DNA from: Candidatus Hydrogenedentota bacterium
GTDB taxonomy: Bacteria; Hydrogenedentota; Hydrogenedentia; Hydrogenedentales; GCA-2746185
Reading direction: 5' to 3'
NCBI GenBank assembly: GCA_046583315.1
Contig: JAYGCN010000025.1
Coordinates: 1 to 16,006, forward strand
DNA length: 16,006 nucleotides
Position 1 is the first letter of the stretch; each line of letters opens with the position of its first letter. Positions 1-6,932 of this stretch are shown in pieces. A program made the translations under genes and the position numbers. The notes beneath the pieces were generated by a model that saw only the letters and a program-made list of their open reading frames with translations, was not told the origin of the DNA and made no database searches.

Positions 1-834
1 GCAGGGCAGCTCATCATTGCGCATACCCTTTGCGTTCCCGACGAATACCGCTACTACAGGCGGGATTTTCTTCGCATGAATCAGATTGTTCAGAATTCGC
101 GGTGTGGGCACAACGGTCGTATAGATGGAGAGGTCGAAAAAGAGACACGTGGGATACGCTTCGGCAGACGGGTCGTAATTCGGCGGAAGATAGACACTGA
201 TCCGGCATTCGTTTCCCAGGATGGCACTGCTAAACTTCTTTTGGGTTTCCAACTCTCCTCGTGGCGCATCAGGATTGTTTTCGATCCACGGTTGCGCTGG
301 TGCGTCAGGCAATTCAACCAACGAGCCTCCGTACTTATTCGGGTTGAACGGATCGCGTCGATAGTTTTTACGTTGTTTGGCCACGGCTACCGCGTCGTTC
401 ATGGGCACGTCAATCATGGCATCGTTCGGTGAAATCTGATAGGTCGCACGAAGATCCCTGCGTGTCCAATACGTGATGTACCAAAGATCACTCTTGCCCA
501 ACCGTTCAAAGGTACTCTCCAAAGAATGTCCCCTTGCCAGAGTCCCGACCAACAATACGTTCTTGGTGTCCTTATCACCTCGCCAGACCACACTCACCAA
601 GACATGCGTCGGATCATCTTCAATCGTTTCGATCAGTGGTGTCGTTTCATGTTCCATATCGCGCCAGAATTTATCGAGTGCTTTGCGGTCACCACGTTCA
701 AGCTCAGCAGCGAGCGCGCGCAGGCGTGGACTCCTGATATCTGACGCTTCCTCGGCTTGGGAAGAGTTGGGCAAAATCTCCGAGAACACCGTCAACATCA
801 AAATGCTAAGGCAGGTCATGTTTAGAATTTTCAT
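1..834 (-). CDS. Secreted enterochelin esterase (Fes)-like alpha/beta esterase with DUF3327-type N-terminal domain; 3' end runs off the window
   Basis: Translated by hand; absent from the ORF track because it has no stop in the window. ATG at 834 with GAGGGA RBS upstream, 278 open codons: MKILNMTCLSILMLTVFSEILPNSSQAEE (signal peptide-like), FWRDMEHETTPLIE, VSVVWRG, FERLGKSDLWY, DLRATYQISPND, DPFNP, LVELPDAPAQPWI, SAILGNECRISVYLPPNY, ILNNLIHAKKIPPVVAVFVGN, RNDELPC. These match the Fes-family layout. The catalytic GxSxG lies beyond the edge. Confidence 0.85.
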   Translation of the reverse strand, partial: MKILNMTCLSILMLTVFSEILPNSSQAEEASDIRSPRLRALAAELERGDRKALDKFWRDMEHETTPLIETIEDDPTHVLVSVVWRGDKDTKNVLLVGTLARGHSLESTFERLGKSDLWYITYWTRRDLRATYQISPNDAMIDVPMNDAVAVAKQRKNYRRDPFNPNKYGGSLVELPDAPAQPWIENNPDAPRGELETQKKFSSAILGNECRISVYLPPNYDPSAEAYPTCLFFDLSIYTTVVPTPRILNNLIHAKKIPPVVAVFVGNAKGMRNDELPC

Positions 835-1195
835 TGAACTATCCCTCGTATCACACATTGGTCACGGACTATTTCTCTCCACTATCTAGTACGACAATCC
901 GGTAAACGAAAAGGTTTAATCGCAAATTGAATCCACTAAGCGGGGCAATGAACTAGAATTACGTGAATTACGGATGTGATACGCCTGAATCCAATAACTC
1001 TCAAAGTAACAAGCACTTATGTCGTACTTTGTCAAGCAAATACCTATTGTTTCCTGGCTCCATAATCGACAAAATATCCACGCAACACCCCCGTACAGTC
1101 TGTAGGACCACGCGCCACTTACCTGGACGGGACGCCATTAACACACGCAAAGAAATCGCTGAGCCCCAAGTTGACAAGCAAACCCGTAATGGATA

Positions 1196-1223
1196 TTGAT
1201 TTTTCGAACAAATTCCCTATACT
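1196..1223 (+). promoter_or_regulatory. Putative sigma70 promoter for the acylase
   Basis: TTGATT (1196-1201), 16 nt, TATACT (1218-1223); GAGGT RBS at 1262-1266 ahead of ATG 1274. A TTGACA at 1171 lacks a good -10 partner. Confidence 0.5.
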
Positions 1224-1273
1224 TATGTCTCTACTAGCAATTTTTCGTTCATAACCACATCGAGGTAACCGAC

Positions 1274-3418
1274 ATGAACCTTTGCCTACGCATTTTGGGT
1301 ACTCTTTCACTAATCGTGTGCGTGATGGCAACGTCGATTGCGTCGGCCGATCCGCGACTCGCACAAAAAGTGGTGATTCGTAGAACCGAATACGGGGTAC
1401 CCCACATCCTGGCGGAAAACGAACGGGCAATGGGATTTGGTCTGGCCTATGCGCAGGCAGAAGACCACATGGTCACGATCATGAAACTGATCATTCGTGC
1501 CCGCGGAGAAAGCGCGAAGTATCTGGGAGCCACAGATTCGAATATCGAGACGGATTTCTGGAACAAACAATACCGAATTTACGCACGAGCCAAAGAGACC
1601 TTTAAGGATTTGGACAAGGACTGGCAGCAGGCAACCGAAGGCTTCGCGGAAGGCCTCAATTATTACATCGAACTGCACCGGGATGAGTTGCCTGATTTTG
1701 TTCAACCAGTTACGAAGTATGACGTCGCGGCGCATGGACTGACGGGCGTGTCACGCTTCTCATTGAATCGTGGTGGGATTGTAAAGAAATTGAAGAGTAA
1801 GTTGTCCGGTGGCGAGTCGGCGTTGGCGAACGACGAAGATAATCTGGAAGGCTCAAACATGTGGGCATTTACTCCAGACCGGACAACGACGGGTCACGCG
1901 ATATTGATGGGCAATCCGCATCAGGGCTGGTCGGAGGTGGCGACGTATTACGAAGCGCACGTCACGATACCGGGAAAGCTGAATTTTTATGGGTCGACCT
2001 TCATCGGGCGGCCGGTGTTGACGACCGGGTTCAACGAACACCTGGGCTGGACGCATACCGTGAATTATCCTGATATTGAAGAAATTTATGCTCTTGATCG
2101 GGACAAAAGCGATCCCAATCGCTACATGCTGGACGGAACATCACACCCGATTTCGACCGAGACATCGACGGTTGAATACACAGATGCACACGGCGTTGAA
2201 GTGTCACAGAATCGCACGTTTCGTTATACTGAATGGGGGCCGGTGATTCATATTGGTGAGGAACTGGTATATGTGCATCGCCCTGCGGCATATTTTGATT
2301 TTCGCTATTACCAGCACTGGTATCGGCTGGGTCAGGCGACCAACTATGAGGAGTGGCGCGCGGAACTGGACAAGCTGATTATGCCCATGTTCAACACCGG
2401 ATATGCTGACGCCGATGGCAATATCTATTATCGCTGGAACGGGTCAATTCCTAAACTCACGTCTGGTTCGCATCAGGACGAAGCGGTGCATGTGACGAAA
2501 TCGAATCAGATGTGGACCGAATTCGTAGCTGCCGAGGATCTTCCTCAGTTAAAGAATCCGAAAGGCGGCTACATCATGAATTCGAACAGTTCGCCGCATC
2601 ATACGAATCTGAATGCGGTAATGGGACCCGAACAATTCCCTGACTATTTTCCTGAACCACGATTCAGCTTTCGCTCACAACATTCGATGCACCTGATTCA
2701 TAACGATCGGAAGTTCAGTCTTGAGGATGTCGTCGCAGCAAAGTTTAGCCAACGATCAATCACGGCTGAGCGGGTCAAAGATGATCTGCTGAATGCCCTG
2801 GCTGGCCAATCATTCAACGATCCCGAGACGCAGGCCATGAGCCTGCTGGAGTCCTGGGACGATACGACCACGCGCGAAAGTGTAGGCAGTGTCATTTTCC
2901 AGGAATGGTTGACGAAATACCGGAAAGGCAAAACTGCGGACGAACTATTCTCCACGCCATGGGACTACGACAACCCGATTGAGACGCCCGACGGTTTGGC
3001 TGATACGGATCGCGCTGTGGAAGCATTTCGCGAGGCCGTGAGTGAAGTAATCGAGAAATGGGGACGCATCGACGTAAGTTGGGGCGATGTGCACCGGATT
3101 CGATTCGGGGATAAGGTCGATCTGCCTATCGGTGGCGGGGGCGGCGCCATGGGATCGTTCAGAATCCTGGGATACAAGGACGATCCGGATGGCAAACGTC
3201 GCGCACGCACAGGTGACAGCTGGGTCTTTGCGGTGGACTTCGGCGAAACTCCGAAGGCCTATTCCGTGGTAGCCTACAGCCAAAGCGGGCGCGAAGACTC
3301 TCCCCATTTCGCAGATCAGGCCGCGCTCTTCGCCGACGACCGCATGAAGAAAGTAGCCTTCACCGAAGAGGACATCGCGAATACCCTGCTTAAGAAATAT
3401 CATCCTGGTGAGGAGTGA
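1274..3418 (+). CDS. Penicillin acylase / glutaryl-7-ACA acylase / AHL-acylase family Ntn hydrolase (peptidase S45), secreted
   Basis: 714 aa with signal peptide (..SIASA). Motifs: IRRTEYGVPHI, FGLAYAQAED, autoproteolysis site G|SNMWA (nucleophile Ser codon 1853-1855), GNPHQGW, YYEAHV, GFNEHLGWTHTVN, NSN oxyanion motif, C-terminal YSQS...SPHFADQA. Confidence 0.95.
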   Translation: MNLCLRILGTLSLIVCVMATSIASADPRLAQKVVIRRTEYGVPHILAENERAMGFGLAYAQAEDHMVTIMKLIIRARGESAKYLGATDSNIETDFWNKQYRIYARAKETFKDLDKDWQQATEGFAEGLNYYIELHRDELPDFVQPVTKYDVAAHGLTGVSRFSLNRGGIVKKLKSKLSGGESALANDEDNLEGSNMWAFTPDRTTTGHAILMGNPHQGWSEVATYYEAHVTIPGKLNFYGSTFIGRPVLTTGFNEHLGWTHTVNYPDIEEIYALDRDKSDPNRYMLDGTSHPISTETSTVEYTDAHGVEVSQNRTFRYTEWGPVIHIGEELVYVHRPAAYFDFRYYQHWYRLGQATNYEEWRAELDKLIMPMFNTGYADADGNIYYRWNGSIPKLTSGSHQDEAVHVTKSNQMWTEFVAAEDLPQLKNPKGGYIMNSNSSPHHTNLNAVMGPEQFPDYFPEPRFSFRSQHSMHLIHNDRKFSLEDVVAAKFSQRSITAERVKDDLLNALAGQSFNDPETQAMSLLESWDDTTTRESVGSVIFQEWLTKYRKGKTADELFSTPWDYDNPIETPDGLADTDRAVEAFREAVSEVIEKWGRIDVSWGDVHRIRFGDKVDLPIGGGGGAMGSFRILGYKDDPDGKRRARTGDSWVFAVDFGETPKAYSVVAYSQSGREDSPHFADQAALFADDRMKKVAFTEEDIANTLLKKYHPGEE

Positions 3419-3465
3419 ACGATTTTCAGCCATTATAAATTGAAGGGGTACTCTCCAATTCATTC

Positions 3466-3474
3466 TGATACAAT
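3466..3474 (+). promoter_or_regulatory. Extended -10 promoter (TGnTACAAT) immediately upstream of the POT start codon
   Basis: TGATACAAT at 3466-3474, 6 nt before ATG 3481; no Shine-Dalgarno in between. Confidence 0.5.
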
Positions 3475-3480
3475 GCGCCC

Positions 3481-4815
3481 ATGACACAGTATCGCACTGC
3501 CCCCGTTCCTTCGACCGATATGCCCCGCGGCATACCCTACATCATTGCCAACGATGTCGCCGAGCGCTTCAGTTTCTACGGCATGCACGCCATTCTTGTC
3601 ATTTTCATGACGCAATACCTCGTGAACGGAGCGGGTGAACCAGACACCTTTTCCAACGAAGACGCGACCTCTTACTTCCACTTATTTACCGCCACTGCCT
3701 ACTTTTTGCCGATCATCGGAGCGGTCGTATCCGACGCCTTTTTGGGCAAGTACCGAACCATTATCCTGCTGTCACTCGTCTATTGCGGCGGCCACTTCGC
3801 ACTCGCCATCAACGACACAAAAGTCGGGCTCTTTTTGGGCCTGACCCTCATCGCGGTCGGTTCCGGCGGAATTAAACCCTGCGTGGCATCACACGTTGGC
3901 GACCAATTCGGAAAGAGTAACAAGAATCTGCTGTCCCGAGCCTTCTCTTGGTACTATCTTGGGATTAACGTCGGCTCGGCCACGTCTTCGCTGCTTATTC
4001 CCTGGTTGCTCGAGCGTTACGGCCCCAAGGTCGCGTTCGGCGTGCCCGGTGTCTTCATGCTCATGGCCACGATCACCTTCTGGCTTGGCCGACACAAATT
4101 CATTCACATCCAACCCACGGGTATGTCGTATGTGCGCGACATCACGGGCCCCGACGGTCGTCGCGTCCTCCTGCGACTCGCGCTAATCTACGTTTTCGTC
4201 GCCGCATTCTGGTCGCTCTTCGATCAGATGGGCAGCACCTGGGTTCTGCAAGCCGAACACATGGACAAGAACGTATTCGGCATCGAACTGCTCTCATCAC
4301 AAATTCAGGCCTTCAACCCCTTCCTCATTATCGTCCTCATTCCCGTGTTCACCTACGGCATCTACCCTTTTATGAGTCGCATCTTCGAACTCACGGCGAT
4401 GCGCAAGATGACGATGGGCATGTTCTTGACGGCGACACCCTTCCTCGTCACGGCGTGGTGCGAGCAACGTATCCAGGCGGGATTCACACCTCATATCAGC
4501 TGGCAACTGTTGGCCTATCTGCTGCTCACCGTCGCGGAGGTGATGGTCTCGATTACCTGCATGGAGTTTTCCTACACACAAGCGCCCAAACGCATGAAGT
4601 CTCTCGTTATGGCACTCTTTTATCTATCGATCTCGATGGGAAATTTTTTCACCGCAGCCGTCAACCAGATCATTCAGAATCCAGACGGCACCAGCAAACT
4701 TGAAGGCCCGGCGTATCACCTTTTCTTCGCGGGATTCATGGGGACGACGGCAGTACTCTTCGCCATTTACGCGCGTTTCTACAAAGAAGAGCATATCGTG
4801 CAGGACGAGGATTAG
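3481..4815 (+). CDS. Proton-dependent oligopeptide transporter (POT/PTR2 family, MFS)
   Basis: 444 aa, many hydrophobic helices. Motifs: DVAERFSFYG (ExxERF motif variant), IIGAVVSDAFLGKYRTI, GSGGIKPCVASHVGDQF, INVGS, FWSLFDQ, EFSYTQAPKRMKS. Confidence 0.95.
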   Translation: MTQYRTAPVPSTDMPRGIPYIIANDVAERFSFYGMHAILVIFMTQYLVNGAGEPDTFSNEDATSYFHLFTATAYFLPIIGAVVSDAFLGKYRTIILLSLVYCGGHFALAINDTKVGLFLGLTLIAVGSGGIKPCVASHVGDQFGKSNKNLLSRAFSWYYLGINVGSATSSLLIPWLLERYGPKVAFGVPGVFMLMATITFWLGRHKFIHIQPTGMSYVRDITGPDGRRVLLRLALIYVFVAAFWSLFDQMGSTWVLQAEHMDKNVFGIELLSSQIQAFNPFLIIVLIPVFTYGIYPFMSRIFELTAMRKMTMGMFLTATPFLVTAWCEQRIQAGFTPHISWQLLAYLLLTVAEVMVSITCMEFSYTQAPKRMKSLVMALFYLSISMGNFFTAAVNQIIQNPDGTSKLEGPAYHLFFAGFMGTTAVLFAIYARFYKEEHIVQDED

Positions 4816-5573
4816 TCGAGGGATTTCAGAAATGATTCAACGGCTGTGTTGAAGGCTTCAGGCTGATCGATATTTGACGCATGGCCTGCATCTGGGATGA
4901 CCACCTTTTGCGCATTGGTGATTTTTCCGGCCATGTAGTTTGCGGGCGCAATGAAAGCCTCATCATCCGCTCCGACCAAGACCAACGCAGGAACGTTGAT
5001 GTTTGGCAACGACATAATCACATGCGAATCCTGTTGCGCCATCATGCCACGTGCCGCCTTGGCGAGGCCCTCGGCTGATTGATGCATACTCGAAGACATT
5101 TCCGCACTTCGATCCGCTAAACGAGCCAATCCCTTCGCTTCGAAATCCTGTGCGGTGGCTTCGCAGTTCGCATTCCAGGCATCCCGCCCTTTATCACTCT
5201 TGTAGCCTGGTCCCGAATCAATAATCATCAGCGCACTTACACGAGCCGGGTGTTCATCGTGAAACGCAAGCGACATATAGCCTCCAAGAGAAAGGCCGCC
5301 GATGGTCGCCCTCTCCACGCCTTCGGCATCCAGTATCGCCGCCATATGCGCGACGGTGTGGGCGTCTGTATAGGCCGACAGATCCTCCGGATAATCGCTC
5401 CGACCGTGACCACGCATGTCCCACACAATCAGTTTGTGGTCACGCGACAACAACTCTATCTGACCCTGCCACATTTGTGACGTAGCCGAGAAACCATGCG
5501 TCAACAAAATGGCCGGACCGTCTCCATGCACTTCGTAGTACAGCGTAACGCCGTCCCGAGTCAGTGTTGCCAT
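4812..5573 (-). CDS. Alpha/beta fold hydrolase (enol-lactonase/MenH-like)
   Basis: 253 aa; HGF oxyanion motif, DMRGHGRS, nucleophile elbow GLSLGG, acid in GADD, catalytic His in AGHASN; AAGGAA RBS upstream. Confidence 0.92.
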   Translation of the reverse strand: MATLTRDGVTLYYEVHGDGPAILLTHGFSATSQMWQGQIELLSRDHKLIVWDMRGHGRSDYPEDLSAYTDAHTVAHMAAILDAEGVERATIGGLSLGGYMSLAFHDEHPARVSALMIIDSGPGYKSDKGRDAWNANCEATAQDFEAKGLARLADRSAEMSSSMHQSAEGLAKAARGMMAQQDSHVIMSLPNINVPALVLVGADDEAFIAPANYMAGKITNAQKVVIPDAGHASNIDQPEAFNTAVESFLKSLD

Positions 5574-5592
5574 TTTAGTTTTCCTTTGTCAG

Positions 5593-6759
5593 TCATCTAC
5601 GCACACCCAACAACTTTCGCGCGACGACCCAACGGTGAACCTCTGAGGGGCCATCATAGATCCGCATGTTTCGAATCAAACTCGCCATCAATTGCAGCGG
5701 CATCTCTTTGGATACGCCCATACCGCCGAACATCTGCATCGCATTGTCCACCGTTTCCCACGCCATTTCCGTGGCGTAGACCTTTACCATCGAAATTTCC
5801 GAGCGCACACTTCGCCCCTGATCCCACTTCCATGCCGCGTCATACGCCATCAATCGGCACGCGTGAATTTTCATCGCCGCGTTCGCCACCCAGTTTTGCA
5901 CCGTCTGGCGTTCCGAGAGTGGCGCTCCGAAGGTCGACCGTTGTGGCGCGTATTCACACATCATGTCCAGCGCGCGTTGCGACATGCCGATGCACCACGA
6001 GGCCATCTCAAGTCGCCGCGTCGTCAGTCGTAACTGCATCGGCGCGAATCCCTGCCCTTCTTCACCGAGCAGTTTCCAGTCCGCAACACGGCAATCATCC
6101 AGCACGACTTCGTATGTCGATACGCCGGCGATCATCGGGATCCGACGCTCCACAATAAAACCGGGTGTCTCCTTGTCGACCAAGAAGGCCGAGATTCCGC
6201 CACGCGATCCCTTCTCTCGATCCGTTACCGCCATGACAATCGTGAAATCCGCTTCGGCCGCGCGACTGATCCATATTTTACGTCCGTTCAAAACCCACTC
6301 ATCGCCATCACGAACCGCGGTCGTCGTCATGCCTGCCGGATCCGAACCCGCTCCAGGTTCCGATATCCCTATTGCCGAAACCGTGCCTCCCGACACGTAT
6401 GGCGCCAGATACTGTTCACGTTGCCGATCATTCGCAGTCGCCATCAGCATGCGCAGGTTCGGAGAATCCGGCGGCAAAACATACGGCGTAATCGTACGCC
6501 CCAATTCTTCGTTGACACCGATGAGTGCAACGGCGGGCAAATCGGCTCCCCCTACATCTTCCGGCGCGTCCAGTCCCCAGAGCCCCAGTTCTTTTGAACG
6601 CTCATCAATGCGAGCACGCTCCTCCATCGTCAACATGGTTCCCTGCCCGGACGCCTCACGCTCCAGAACGCGCTCTTCAAGCGGTAATAGCTCGTCCTCC
6701 ACGAAACGCGCCACCATTTCCTTCAACATCCGATGTTCTTCACTCAACTCAAATTCCAT
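5593..6759 (-). CDS. Acyl-CoA dehydrogenase family protein (Asp-type active-site motif)
   Basis: Start moved from 6828 to ATG 6759 (MEFELSEEHRML) because GGAGA RBS precedes it and the family N-terminus begins there. Motifs: ISEPGAGSD, LNGRKIWIS, LGEEGQGF, QRSTFGAPL, AMQMFGGMG, RIYDGPSEVHR. Confidence 0.93.
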   Translation of the reverse strand: MEFELSEEHRMLKEMVARFVEDELLPLEERVLEREASGQGTMLTMEERARIDERSKELGLWGLDAPEDVGGADLPAVALIGVNEELGRTITPYVLPPDSPNLRMLMATANDRQREQYLAPYVSGGTVSAIGISEPGAGSDPAGMTTTAVRDGDEWVLNGRKIWISRAAEADFTIVMAVTDREKGSRGGISAFLVDKETPGFIVERRIPMIAGVSTYEVVLDDCRVADWKLLGEEGQGFAPMQLRLTTRRLEMASWCIGMSQRALDMMCEYAPQRSTFGAPLSERQTVQNWVANAAMKIHACRLMAYDAAWKWDQGRSVRSEISMVKVYATEMAWETVDNAMQMFGGMGVSKEMPLQLMASLIRNMRIYDGPSEVHRWVVARKLLGVRR

Positions 6760-6878
6760 CGCAGGGTTCTCCAGAAGCAGTCGATATCGAGTTAAACACA
6801 ATTGCAGCATAGAATCAAAGGTGCCCATAAATGCTGAAATACCGTTCCTTATGATCTATGATTTGCAACGCTATCACC

Positions 6879-6893
6879 GAATGTGTCACATTC
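6879..6893. promoter_or_regulatory. Perfect 15-bp palindrome, candidate operator in a divergent promoter region
   Basis: GAATGTG-T-CACATTC between the divergent acyl-CoA dehydrogenase and aminotransferase starts. Confidence 0.55.
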
Positions 6894-6932
6894 TGAGACT
6901 ACACTTGCGTTAGAATCATTCGACGGAGAATC

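Noticed and set aside
76..889. Plus-strand ORFs 76-432, 473-889, 526-744 and 534-737
   Set aside because: Antisense shadows of the minus-strand esterase, which has the RBS, signal peptide and family motifs.
956..972. Direct repeat GAATTACG x2
   Set aside because: Only two 8-mers in AT-rich DNA; could be chance.
963..1199. 78-aa intergenic ORF
   Set aside because: No convincing RBS, no recognisable motif, and it lies in the divergent promoter region.
5496..6913. Long plus-strand ORFs (220 aa and 316 aa)
   Set aside because: Ser/Arg/Pro-rich antisense frames of the acyl-CoA dehydrogenase.
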